64,000 nt of DNA from a bacterium. GTDB taxonomy: Bacteria > SAR324 > NAC60-12. Below the pieces are notes generated by a model that was given only the letters and a program-made list of their open reading frames with translations, did no database searches and was not told where the DNA came from. Numbering within the stretch: position 1 is the stretch's first letter; every line of letters starts with the position of its first letter. Positions 39,411 through 49,731 of this stretch are shown piece by piece. The position numbers were made by a program, and so were the translations under genes. The stretch covers positions 1 through 64,000 of the forward strand of contig CBDBHR010000010.1 of the NCBI GenBank assembly GCA_965205865.1. Direction: 5' to 3'.

Positions 39411-41753
39411 TCATCCATTCAGGCGAAATGCTGACAGCCAGGCAACTGTATAACAGAGAGTAGCTGCAAGGAACAGTGAGGAGAGTCCGGCGAATTGGGC
39501 CAGTAACAATGCTCCGATGGGACCAATCACTGAAGCGCAGCCATTGAGGCACCATGCCACGGCAATACGATTTTTCGTGATTTCCGAATCGGGATCCCGA
39601 GCTGAAATGGCAACCACCCCACGGGGGAAAGGAATGCCCATCAAAATCCCCAACCCTCCCACCGCTATTACAGCAACTGCCAGGCGTACGGGGAAATCAC
39701 TACCAGCCAAGACGGACAAAAATTCAGAAAATCCAAAAAAATACGCCACCAGGATTACAAGCAGGAGCCCTTGACCTTGGTTGAGCCGCCGCACAGGCAG
39801 ATAGCGACTGACGAAGGATCCAATTCCGGATGTCAGTAAGAGGGTACTCAGCACCAGAGCCAAGGAATAGACCGGTTCTCCGAGAAACAAAATCAGTTTC
39901 TCAAACAAAGCGATTTCCACTCCCATAAACCCCAAGCCAATCCAAAAGAAATAGGACATCTTCCAGCTAAACAACGATTTTGTTTGACGATGCGCCAGGA
40001 ATGGCAACAACAGCAATACCAGTACGATGAGGAGAACTTGTAGCAGCAGAAGAGGCAACAACAGTCCTCCCTCTACCAGACCTTCCCATTTGCGTCCAAG
40101 GATTTCGTAGGTGTCGCTCAATCGGTCCCATCGCAGGAAATGAAAAAAGAAGGGCTTGTCATCGCTCACCGGAGTCAGATCGAACAAACTTTGTTCATGA
40201 AATGCGCGAGCATCCTGTAGCAATTGCCGCACGGCGTCTGCGTAAATCGGTATTGCAAAACGGTTGATCCGGTTGGCGTCTTCCTTTTTCATGTCGGGGT
40301 AGTAAACTGGAGTGTATCCACGCTGCTCACAGAATTGCACGAACAGTTTTTTATCCCTGTCTGACCATTTCCGGGCGGATCCCACAATCATCAGGGTGGA
40401 GATGGTACGAAAAATTCCCAGTTGCCGGCTGGGTTGCCAGTTCAGTTCTTTCATGGCGGCAATCAAAGTGGCGATCCAACGGAGTTCTCCCCTTGGAGGA
40501 GGCAATAAATAGCGATGCACGCCAAACCACCCTTCCGCTGTCAAACGCTGAAGCAGAGTCATGTTACCTTCCACGGTTTCCAGGGAGCTTTCCTGCAAGG
40601 CGTGCATTCCTGTGGAACCCGTAGGCAGGGCCCCTTCCAAGGAAACCAAAATACGATCATAGTGTTCTTCCGTGCGGGAAAGCAGCGTCCGTGTTTTTTC
40701 AGCAACAATGGTTATATGAGATAGATTGTTTTGCTCGCTCAACCAGCGGGCAATCAATTGGTTTTCGGTTTGTACGACGATTTGCGGTACTTTGGCGTTG
40801 ACCGCAGACAGCACTTCCTGGCCGCCAATCACCTGGAGGATCAACACATTTCCGGGAACCGGCGGAAGCTTATAAATCAGCCAAGAAGGCAGGTTTTGGG
40901 CATAATCCAAATGATCCACCTCCCACGAGCTGAAGGCCGTCAGTCCGTCTCCGTCAATGGTGATGCCGATTTGCGGAGGCAAGGATTCCCGGTAATTGAG
41001 ACTCAATCCGGGAGCGGTGCGGACTAAGGGACTTTGCAGCCAATCCACTCGTGATGCCGCATCCCATGTCGTTTGCAAAAGGCGGCTATTGGATAATTTC
41101 AGTGCATGAGGGAGACTCTTATAGGGACTCATCTTCCACTCCGGCAAACCAACGAAATGCCAATATCCCAGTAATCCTCCTGCCAGGCAGACCAGAAGTG
41201 CCCGTTGGGACCATTTGGACATCAGGCAACCGGTTGCCAATCCGCCAATCAAAGCAGTGAAAGCCAGCCACTCCATTTCAAGCCAGTAAGGTGCAATGAG
41301 AAAAAAACAGGCACAGCCGGCGCCTGCTCCAATGAGATCGCAACCATACAAGGAAAAAGTCTTCTGGGGGTATCTTCGCAGCAATAGATTGATCGTCAAT
41401 CCGCTGAAGAAAAAAGGGACTGCCAACAGCAGGAAGAGCACATACAAATATCCCCACTGCCAGGCGGCAAGCGTGAGCAGCACCGGATCAAAAGGAACTT
41501 GCTGAAAGAGCGCAAACAAGGGAAGAATCGTGACTGCAAAGAAAAGGGACGGCCAGGCAGGGTGGGAAGGCCTCTTGAAGAGGAGCGAATAAGTTCCGGA
41601 AAACGCATATCCCAACAAGGCGCAGCTGATGATCAAGAACGCAAAGTGATACCAAAACCGGATGGCCAGCAGCCTCGACAAGCCGATTTCAAACATCAGG
41701 GCGGCAAATGTCTGAAAAAAAATGCCGACGCCAATGCGGAGGGGCATCTTCAT
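39411..41753 (-). CDS. Multi-pass membrane protein with a spermidine synthase-like central domain
   Basis: YHFAFLIISCALLG, LYGCDLIGAG, PVSDDKPFF, LGEPVYS, AWCLNGCASV. Confidence 0.75.
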   Translation of the reverse strand: MKMPLRIGVGIFFQTFAALMFEIGLSRLLAIRFWYHFAFLIISCALLGYAFSGTYSLLFKRPSHPAWPSLFFAVTILPLFALFQQVPFDPVLLTLAAWQWGYLYVLFLLLAVPFFFSGLTINLLLRRYPQKTFSLYGCDLIGAGAGCACFFLIAPYWLEMEWLAFTALIGGLATGCLMSKWSQRALLVCLAGGLLGYWHFVGLPEWKMSPYKSLPHALKLSNSRLLQTTWDAASRVDWLQSPLVRTAPGLSLNYRESLPPQIGITIDGDGLTAFSSWEVDHLDYAQNLPSWLIYKLPPVPGNVLILQVIGGQEVLSAVNAKVPQIVVQTENQLIARWLSEQNNLSHITIVAEKTRTLLSRTEEHYDRILVSLEGALPTGSTGMHALQESSLETVEGNMTLLQRLTAEGWFGVHRYLLPPPRGELRWIATLIAAMKELNWQPSRQLGIFRTISTLMIVGSARKWSDRDKKLFVQFCEQRGYTPVYYPDMKKEDANRINRFAIPIYADAVRQLLQDARAFHEQSLFDLTPVSDDKPFFFHFLRWDRLSDTYEILGRKWEGLVEGGLLLPLLLLQVLLIVLVLLLLPFLAHRQTKSLFSWKMSYFFWIGLGFMGVEIALFEKLILFLGEPVYSLALVLSTLLLTSGIGSFVSRYLPVRRLNQGQGLLLVILVAYFFGFSEFLSVLAGSDFPVRLAVAVIAVGGLGILMGIPFPRGVVAISARDPDSEITKNRIAVAWCLNGCASVIGPIGALLLAQFAGLSSLFLAATLCYTVAWLSAFRLNG

Positions 41754-42157
41754 TGTTCGCGTTATTGACAATCTATAGACTTCTCGAAAATTTTCTTATC
41801 AGGAAAATAGGAGTCCGCCCCTCATCGCCAGGACCGGGACTGTCCTTCCATTTAATTGTTTGCCGGGAGGCTACAGTTGCGTGATTGGGTTATTTTTGTT
41901 TTACTAAAACAGCATCAATTTATATAGTACCTAAATCCTGCAATTAGATGACAATCAAACATGGAAATGGTAATATACTCAAATAGTTAACACCAGAATC
42001 AACATTTTAAGAGTAAATCAAATCAAAACTATCAAAGAAGTATGGAATCGTTCCCACGTTTTATGTAAGATTTTGTCGGTGGTCGGCATGCCGATTCGAC
42101 CGCTACGCGGTGGCAAGGGACGCAAAACGACGGACGAGGAGTCAGAGGAGAAAAAAC

Positions 42158-43000
42158 ATGCGCGCAACCTATATTTCAACCGCAGATCTGGCCCCCCATC
42201 TCCAGGACCCGGATTGGGTCGTGATCGACTGTCGATTCGTACTCGATGACAAGGAACAGGGACGGCGGGACTACCACAAAGGACACATTCCTCAAGCGCT
42301 ATATGCGCATCTGGAAGAAGACCTGTCGGCTCCTGTGGTTCCACAAAAAACCGGACGGCACCCTTTACCGGATCCTTTTGATTTTTCACGAATTTGTTCA
42401 TACTGGGGAATTGATGGCAAAGTCCAGGTCGTGGTTTATGACGACGCGATCGGTGCCTTTGCTGCCCGCCTGTGGTGGATGCTACGTTGGCTGGGTCATC
42501 ATCAGGTTGCCGTATTGGATGGAGGATGGCAGCAATGGCAGAAAGAGAATCGCCCGGTTTCCGATGATGTTCCCAGTCGGACACCACGGTCTTTTTTGCC
42601 CCTGTTGCGCTCCTGCTTGCATTTGAATGCGAATCAAGTCCTGAAATTACTGGAGGATCCCGATTACAGGCTATTGGATGCCCGTGGAGCGGATCGCTAT
42701 CGTGGAGAAAATGAAACCATCGATCCGGTGGCAGGACACATTCCCCATGCCCTTAGCGCTCCTTATATGGAAAATGCAAGCCCCGACGGCAGGGTTTTGC
42801 TTCCGGCTGCCCTGCAAAAACGCTTTCTTGCCATGTTGGGTCACGTGAAGTCTGAGCAAACTGTTTGTTATTGTGGTTCCGGAGTGACGGCATGCCACAA
42901 TCTTTTGGCCATGGCACACGCAGGTTTGGGAGATGGAAAATTATATGCCGGTTCCTGGAGTGATTGGATCACGGATCCCAAGCGTCCCATTGCCTGTTAA
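42158..43000 (+). CDS. sseA: Sulfurtransferase (3-mercaptopyruvate/thiosulfate, tandem rhodanese)
   Basis: GHIP twice, GRHPLP, ARLWW, YCGSGVTAC, YAGSWSDW. Confidence 0.9.
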   Translation: MRATYISTADLAPHLQDPDWVVIDCRFVLDDKEQGRRDYHKGHIPQALYAHLEEDLSAPVVPQKTGRHPLPDPFDFSRICSYWGIDGKVQVVVYDDAIGAFAARLWWMLRWLGHHQVAVLDGGWQQWQKENRPVSDDVPSRTPRSFLPLLRSCLHLNANQVLKLLEDPDYRLLDARGADRYRGENETIDPVAGHIPHALSAPYMENASPDGRVLLPAALQKRFLAMLGHVKSEQTVCYCGSGVTACHNLLAMAHAGLGDGKLYAGSWSDWITDPKRPIAC

Positions 43001-43165
43001 AATCCGCAAAAATTGGACTTGTCTTTTTTTCATGCTAAACTACCGACATATTATGAATCGTGGTGTTGACGAAACACGGCACTTGGAGCAAATCGCCGGT
43101 TCACGGCAGTAATTCAACCATCACTGGAAAACACCAGCAGTAAGTCATTTAGAAAAGATAGATTC

Positions 43166-46100
43166 ATGTTACAGTCCCTTTTGACTAAAAGCACTCGTTT
43201 GTTTGGCAATGAAAATGAAAAAAACCTCAAGCGCTACAAAAAGATCGTAGCGCAGATCAATGCGCTCGAGCCGGAGATGCAAAAGCTGAGGGACGATGAA
43301 TTCCCTCTAAAAACAGCAGCATTCAAAGAGCAAATCTTTGCCAATTCATGCTTCACCCTCACTGAACGGAGCTTGTTCCGCATGGAATCGGAACTCTCAT
43401 CAAAGACGGTGTGGAAACAACTGAGAAGTTTGAAAGGCAAGGAATTCCAATCCCGGCAAGAACTGCTTGCTGAAATTGAAAAGCGGGTGATCGAGGAAGA
43501 AGCCGAAGAGATCCTCTATGCTGCCAGGCGCCAGATTCAGCAAGACGCCAATACCGTACTCGATGAAATCCTACCGGAAGCATTCGCACTGGTGCGGGAA
43601 GCCAGTGTTCGCACTCTCGGAGAACGTCATTACGATGTGCAGTTGATTGGTGGCATGGCACTCCATGAAGGCAATATTGCCGAAATGCAGACCGGGGAAG
43701 GAAAAACGCTGGCATCCACTTGTCCGGCCTATCTCAATTCCCTCACAGGCCAAGGGGTTCATATCGTCACTCCCAATGACTACCTAGCCAAACGGGACAG
43801 CGAATGGATGGGGCAGATCTACCATTTCCTGGGAATCATAGTGGGACTGATCCAGCATGATAATCATCCGACACAGCGTCAGAAAAGTTACCGGGCAGAC
43901 ATCACCTATGGTACCAACAACGAGTTCGGCTTCGATTATTTGCGAGACAACATGAAGATGGATCTGGCCGATTATGCGCAGCGTGATTTCCACTATGCCA
44001 TCATCGATGAAGTGGACAGCATCCTGATTGATGAATCCCGTACCCCCCTGATCATCAGTGGGGCCACTGACGACAACATCGAAAAATACCGAATCGTCAA
44101 CAAACTGATTTACGACCTACAGCGTGAAATTCAAAAAATTGAAGTGCCATTGCTCCAGGATCACGAAGCTTATGACATTGATCCCGAATGGGAACTCAAG
44201 GAAGACCGCGACATTGTCCGTGAGGGCGATTATACGCTGGATGAAAAATCCCGGCATGTGGCCTTGACCGATCGTGGAGCTGCCAAAATTGAAAAGCGTC
44301 TGGCCGCCTTTGAAAGCTACCAACTCACAGATCAAGAAATCCAACAGTTGGAATCGGAATTCAATGAAGAGATAGTGATCCGGGCATTGAAAAGTCTGGC
44401 TAATATTGAATTCAAACAGCAAGACGCATTATTGGATACCCTGTCCGCTAAAATCGACGATGTCAACGAGCAGATCTCATTCCAGCTACCCTTCAAATCA
44501 CGAATCCTCCAGTTGGCCCACAAAGGCATGCTTTTGCCAACTTATCGACTTTCTCAGGATAGCCTCGAGCACTTGGAAGCAAATGCGGAGTTGGAATCTG
44601 TTTTACCGGTGCTCACCAGTCTCAAGGATTTGGAATATGAAACCGAAGAAGCATTTTTTGAAGCCTTGCAAAGCACTTTGGGCGCCGAAAAAGCCTCTCA
44701 ATTCCGATCCACGATTTTCGCTGAAATACAAGTTTTGAAAAGTTTGTTCGACCGGGTGAACACGCCGGTTTTGCACCACGTCAATCAAGCGCTGAAGGCC
44801 CATTTGGTCTTCAAAAAAGATGTGGATTATGTCGTCCAGAACGGACAGGTGGTCATTGTCGACGATTTCACAGGTCGACTGATGCCCGGACGTCGCTACA
44901 GTGACGGGCTGCATCAAGCCCTGGAAGCCAAAGAAAAAGTCCGCGTTGAAATGGAAACCCAAACCCTGGCTTCCATCACCTTTCAAAACTACTTCCGGCT
45001 TTACCGGAAAATCGCCGGAATGACCGGGACGGCTGAAACTGAAAAGGAAGAATTCAAAAAAATTTACAACCTGGGTGTGGTGGTGATCCCCACCCATCAA
45101 CCCGTGATTCGCCAAGACAAACCAGATGTGATTTATAAAACGCAAACGTCCAAATTCAACGCCATCGTCAAGCAAGTACAGTCGCTTCATGAGCGGAGAC
45201 AACCGGTCTTGGTGGGAACAGTCTCCGTGGAAACATCCGAACTGATCAGTCATCGTCTACAACAAAAAAGCATCGAACACCGAGTGCTTAACGCAAAATA
45301 TCATGCTCAAGAAGCGGAGATTATAAAAAACGCAGGTCAATTAGGATCGGTAACGATCGCCACCAATATGGCGGGTCGAGGAACTGACATCAAACCGGCA
45401 GCGGAAGTCTTGGAACTTGGCGGAGTTTTCATTTTGGGAACGGAGCGGCACGACAGCCGCCGCATCGACAATCAGCTCCGGGGACGATCCGGACGACAGG
45501 GAGATCCGGGCGAATCCCAGTTCTTCCTTGCAATGGAAGACAATCTTTTACGCATTTTTGGGGGTGAAAAGCTGGCCAAATGGATGGATCGCTTCCAAAT
45601 CGAAGAAGACTTGCCCATTGAACATGTGTTTGTTTCACGGGCCATCGCCAATGCCCAGAAAAAAGTGGAATCGATGCATTTCAGCGCCCGTAAAAGTCTA
45701 CTCGAATACGACGATGTCATGGAAAGGCAACGAAATATTATTTATGACAGACGCCGGGCAATTTTAAGCGATGATATCCATCATTGCTTTTTGGATATGT
45801 GCGCAGAGACTATCGAAAATCTGATGGACCAATTCTGTAGTGACAAATTCCAGGATCAGTGGAAGCGAGATGAATTTACCCAAGAATATTTTCATATTTT
45901 CAACTCACACTTGGATGAGTCGTGGGAAGATCCTTCACTGCGTCGGGAGGAGATTGTCCATAGGCTTTTTGAGATCACTGAAGATTGTTACCAAATTAAA
46001 ATCGATCGCTTCAAGGAGGAATTTTTCAATAAATACAATGAATCAGAACTGTTCGAAGTAGCGGGGATCTACCTGCATATTATTCTTCATGAAAACGCCC

Positions 46101-46729
46101 GCTCCGGCAATGCGGCAAACTGGGAGTTCCCACATCCTCAAATGCCGCAGGTCCGGCAATTTTTTGAAAATTGGCTCAAGCGCTTCGAAAGCTATTGCCG
46201 TAACAAACAGATGAATTCCCGAGTGGAAGCCATTGCACCCTTCCTCAATGAAATTCCTGATGATTACCGGCAACAGTTTTTTGCAAGGTATATGCAGTTC
46301 AAGCAGGAAATTTTTGAAACCCTCGTACTGTTAGTACAACGTCAGAATCTCTTGCTCACCAATGACGAACGCTGGAAAAACCATTTGTTGGCCATGGATC
46401 ATCTCAGAGAGGAAGTGGGCTTGGCAGGCTATGCCCAGAAAAAGCCCATTGATGAATACCGTCGCAAAGCATTTGTCTTGTTCGAAAACCTTATTTCGGA
46501 TATTGCCCGCGAGTCGACCACTCAATTTTTCCATCGCAGTAAACTGCCTCATCCACGTTATTTGTTCTTCCATGTAGATCCTCGCCAGGCCTCCGAAGCC
46601 GTTTATAGCCATGGGAATGAAGCCACATTGGTCAATAAACCCAAGCCCGCTGACCGGAAAAAAGTCTACGTTTCCAATCGGGAACGCAAAAAACAGCGTG
46701 CCAGACGCAATAAAGCCCTTTCGGTTTGA
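43166..46729 (+). CDS. secA: Preprotein translocase ATPase SecA, enlarged by insertions
   Basis: EMQTGEGKT, DEVDSILIDESRTPLIISG, GLHQALEAKE, TIATNMAGRGTDI, RIDNQLRGRSGRQGDPG. Confidence 0.98.
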   Translation: MLQSLLTKSTRLFGNENEKNLKRYKKIVAQINALEPEMQKLRDDEFPLKTAAFKEQIFANSCFTLTERSLFRMESELSSKTVWKQLRSLKGKEFQSRQELLAEIEKRVIEEEAEEILYAARRQIQQDANTVLDEILPEAFALVREASVRTLGERHYDVQLIGGMALHEGNIAEMQTGEGKTLASTCPAYLNSLTGQGVHIVTPNDYLAKRDSEWMGQIYHFLGIIVGLIQHDNHPTQRQKSYRADITYGTNNEFGFDYLRDNMKMDLADYAQRDFHYAIIDEVDSILIDESRTPLIISGATDDNIEKYRIVNKLIYDLQREIQKIEVPLLQDHEAYDIDPEWELKEDRDIVREGDYTLDEKSRHVALTDRGAAKIEKRLAAFESYQLTDQEIQQLESEFNEEIVIRALKSLANIEFKQQDALLDTLSAKIDDVNEQISFQLPFKSRILQLAHKGMLLPTYRLSQDSLEHLEANAELESVLPVLTSLKDLEYETEEAFFEALQSTLGAEKASQFRSTIFAEIQVLKSLFDRVNTPVLHHVNQALKAHLVFKKDVDYVVQNGQVVIVDDFTGRLMPGRRYSDGLHQALEAKEKVRVEMETQTLASITFQNYFRLYRKIAGMTGTAETEKEEFKKIYNLGVVVIPTHQPVIRQDKPDVIYKTQTSKFNAIVKQVQSLHERRQPVLVGTVSVETSELISHRLQQKSIEHRVLNAKYHAQEAEIIKNAGQLGSVTIATNMAGRGTDIKPAAEVLELGGVFILGTERHDSRRIDNQLRGRSGRQGDPGESQFFLAMEDNLLRIFGGEKLAKWMDRFQIEEDLPIEHVFVSRAIANAQKKVESMHFSARKSLLEYDDVMERQRNIIYDRRRAILSDDIHHCFLDMCAETIENLMDQFCSDKFQDQWKRDEFTQEYFHIFNSHLDESWEDPSLRREEIVHRLFEITEDCYQIKIDRFKEEFFNKYNESELFEVAGIYLHIILHENARSGNAANWEFPHPQMPQVRQFFENWLKRFESYCRNKQMNSRVEAIAPFLNEIPDDYRQQFFARYMQFKQEIFETLVLLVQRQNLLLTNDERWKNHLLAMDHLREEVGLAGYAQKKPIDEYRRKAFVLFENLISDIARESTTQFFHRSKLPHPRYLFFHVDPRQASEAVYSHGNEATLVNKPKPADRKKVYVSNRERKKQRARRNKALSV

Positions 46730-46738
46730 AACAGTCAA

Positions 46739-47059
46739 TCAGTGACTGCGCTTTCCTCCTCCCAAGCATTCCGGCGTGTCTCGAATGGCATGTGCGGAGT
46801 GTCCCCATTGAGTGGGTGTTTTGGCTTGAATGGATAAAGCGTGGATAGGACCTGCCAGTTCTTCCGCCAGCACGTGATTGATGAGTTGATGCTGCTGTAA
46901 AAGGCTTTTTTGCTCAAATTTTGCCGAGACAATGACAACCTTGAAATGCGATTCTGACCCTGGAGGAACATTGTGTTGGTTGCTCTCATTTTGCACTTGC
47001 AGAAAAACGGGGTCGAATGCCGATTGTAGTTTTTTTTCTATTCTTCCTTGAACTTGCAT
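46739..47059 (-). CDS. bolA: BolA-family protein
   Basis: NESNQHNVPPGSESHFKV, IHALSI, PECLGG. Confidence 0.92.
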   Translation of the reverse strand: MQVQGRIEKKLQSAFDPVFLQVQNESNQHNVPPGSESHFKVVIVSAKFEQKSLLQQHQLINHVLAEELAGPIHALSIQAKTPTQWGHSAHAIRDTPECLGGGKRSH

Positions 47060-47255
47060 AATTCTCTCACTTTGAATGGTTACCCTTTGGAACAGACTAC
47101 TGATTTTGCATATATATACAAGAAGAAAACGCATTTGCTCAGCATCACACCTTGTTTTTGACGTGGAAAAACGTAAAATTTCCTGGTTCTCTTTGCAAAG
47201 AAGAGTCGATTCTCTCGAACCAACTTGAATCATGATTCTTTTATTTTTCCTGAGT

Positions 47256-47331
47256 GCTCCTGTAGTTCAACTGGATAAAACAACGGATTCCTAATCCGTA
47301 GTTCTGGGTTCGAGTCCCGGTGGGAGCACCA
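47256..47331 (+). tRNA. tRNA-Arg(CCT)
   Basis: Cloverleaf with anticodon arm ACGGA-TTCCTAA-TCCGT, GGTTCGA T-loop and CCA end. Confidence 0.93.
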
Positions 47332-47353
47332 ATAATTTTAATCGGAAAATCCA

Positions 47354-47788
47354 ATGCTCGATATTAAAGCTGTTAATCATATCGGAATTCGAGTCCGTGA
47401 AAAGACGCGTTCCGTTTCGTTTTACAAATTACTTGGTTTCCAATTCACCTCAGATGTCGGTTTTGAAGAAGGCCATCCCATCATAATGAAACATCCCAGC
47501 GGCGTTGTTCTCAATTTACTGGGACCCGCGAATGGATCTTTCAATTCCAACATTCTGATGGATTCCGATGAAAAACACGCCGGAATCACGCACTTTGCTC
47601 TCACGGTCGAATCTATGGAAGAGACCAAGGAATTTCTGGAAGGGAAGCAGATTGAAATAACGGGATCATTCAGTTTTGGAGGAATGTCAGCCGTCTTTAT
47701 ACGGGATCCGGATCGCAACGTTATCGAACTCGATGCTTACGGACTGGATTGTAAGCAAGACATGGCCGAGTATTCCAGCCATTTATAG
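47354..47788 (+). CDS. VOC/glyoxalase-family protein
   Basis: NHIGIRV, THFAL, FIRDPDRNVIEL. Confidence 0.9.
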   Translation: MLDIKAVNHIGIRVREKTRSVSFYKLLGFQFTSDVGFEEGHPIIMKHPSGVVLNLLGPANGSFNSNILMDSDEKHAGITHFALTVESMEETKEFLEGKQIEITGSFSFGGMSAVFIRDPDRNVIELDAYGLDCKQDMAEYSSHL

Positions 47789-48078
47789 AGAACCGCCGAA
47801 TTGGTAGAGTAGTTCATTCACATATATACAGGTGTTATTTTCATCGGAAATTTTATGACTTTGCTATGATTTATTCGAAAGAAAAGAGAGAGGAGGAAGC
47901 ACAGGCATTGCTCAGGGGGCATCCCCGTGTTGGTTGGGTGGAATGCCGCGAAATTGAAGTCCACGAGTCTCTGCCACTACCGGGGTAACACTTCCATCCT
48001 CTCCTGGAGCGTTACCTGGAAAACAGCGCCGGTCCTACCACTGACACATCCATCCGACGCTGGGTGTTTCGCCCCACT

Positions 48079-49731
48079 CTAATGGGTGGTGTCCGGGGAA
48101 ATTGTCTCGCTGTCCTGCAGGGCTGCAAAATTTACCAATTTGTCCTCGAGACGCCTGGAATAAGTGACAAAGTTAGAGAGCGTACCAGCATCGCGTCGAC
48201 CCGGTTGTGCTAGCAAGGGTAGTAAATCCCTGTTGATATCGTCCAGCAATTCTTGGAGTTCTCCGGCTCTTGCCGTTACGTCCAACTGTCCTCCCACCAC
48301 AAGCGATTTACGGATGTCTTCGAACATGGCCAGCGTATGATTGGAGAGTTCCCTGACCATCAGCAAGAGGTCGCTCCTCAACTCGATATAGTGTTTATTC
48401 ATGGCTTTTTTCGTGTTGAAGATGTCATCTATTGAATCGTAAATCTGAAAGAGATAATCAAATTGCGTATTCATTCTCAGTAGTTCCCGAGATTCGTGTT
48501 CATGGCTGACGGAAGCGACGGCTTTTGAAAAATATTCCACATACTCTTTCTCCAGGAAATTGATGTACTCCATCCGTTTGGAGGACGCCTCAAAGATACT
48601 ACGATAGTTGGACTCGATACTCAGTGTCACCAGATTGTAACATTCCTGTAAAAAAATCAGCAGGTCCCTGAGGTTTTGGCGAAGTTCGGACTTCACCGTC
48701 TCAAAATCGGTTTGCTTATCAAAGGTTGGAATGACCAGTCTCTCGAAATCCATCTTGTCCTCCCCCAAAAGGACGTTGACAAGTCGAGTGAAGGGATTGA
48801 TCAATATTACAAAAATAACACTCGTTGCAGCGTTGAATACGAAGTGAATATTTGCCAGCACAATTGCAGGTTTGCTATCGAATCCATTCAACCTGTCTCC
48901 AAACAACAAGAGGACAGGCAGAGCAATCAGTACGCCACCGAAATTGAACATGAAGTGACTGAGCGCCGTCTTCTTGGCGGCGACGTCCATATTCAACATC
49001 GCGATCAACGCGGTTGCCGAAGTTCCGATATTTGCGCCTATGACGAGTGGAACGGCATTTTCGAGACTCAATAACCCTTGTTGCAAGAAGATGATCGCCA
49101 GCCCCGTCGTCACTGAGCTCGATTGCACCGCGGCCGTAAATAGACATCCTACCAGAATAGCGATTAGCGGATTTTGAGGCTGAATGAGGTAATTGGTCAG
49201 CGCCGGTTCACGCTGCAAAGGTTCGAGCGCGGAAGAAATCAGATTGAGGCTGAAAAAAACGAAACCAAAATAAAATATGGACTTGCCGAATATAGCAATT
49301 CTGGAGCGTATGAATGAGAGCGCAAATCCCAGAATGATGAACACGGGTGCAATCGCTGTGAGCTCGAATGCGACCAATTGGGCAGTAATCGTGGTTCCAA
49401 TATTCGCCCCAAAGATGATACCTACGCTGTTTTTGAACGAAAGCACTCCCGCATTGACCAGGCTGACGGCAATCACTGAAGTGGCAGAACTAGACTGGAT
49501 AACAGCGGTTACCAAGGCGCCTATCAGCATGCCTATTACTGGAATTTTCGTCGCCCTGGCGAGAAATTTGCGGAATCTTTCACCAGAAATTTTTTCAATC
49601 TCTGAAGAAAAATTTTCCAATCCAAAGATGAAGAGAATGATGGCGGTCAACCCAGCCATTATAATGTGGATATGTTCCATTGTTTCCTTACATCCGAGAG
49701 TATTGAGGCCTTCTGTCGTGTTTTCCGACAA
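48079..49731 (-). CDS. Na/Pi cotransporter family protein with PhoU-like C-terminus
   Basis: Two QSSS repeats, each followed by GANIGT. Confidence 0.9.
   Translation of the reverse strand: MSENTTEGLNTLGCKETMEHIHIIMAGLTAIILFIFGLENFSSEIEKISGERFRKFLARATKIPVIGMLIGALVTAVIQSSSATSVIAVSLVNAGVLSFKNSVGIIFGANIGTTITAQLVAFELTAIAPVFIILGFALSFIRSRIAIFGKSIFYFGFVFFSLNLISSALEPLQREPALTNYLIQPQNPLIAILVGCLFTAAVQSSSVTTGLAIIFLQQGLLSLENAVPLVIGANIGTSATALIAMLNMDVAAKKTALSHFMFNFGGVLIALPVLLLFGDRLNGFDSKPAIVLANIHFVFNAATSVIFVILINPFTRLVNVLLGEDKMDFERLVIPTFDKQTDFETVKSELRQNLRDLLIFLQECYNLVTLSIESNYRSIFEASSKRMEYINFLEKEYVEYFSKAVASVSHEHESRELLRMNTQFDYLFQIYDSIDDIFNTKKAMNKHYIELRSDLLLMVRELSNHTLAMFEDIRKSLVVGGQLDVTARAGELQELLDDINRDLLPLLAQPGRRDAGTLSNFVTYSRRLEDKLVNFAALQDSETISPDTTH

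Noticed and set aside
41810-41890. Cobalamin or fluoride riboswitch on the minus strand
   Set aside because: CGCAACTGTA and GGCGATGAGG occur, but the other conserved elements and pairings are missing.
43349-44728. Inteins in SecA
   Set aside because: The inserts are only ~60 aa, look helical, and lack the C-terminal His-Asn plus Cys/Ser/Thr splice junction.
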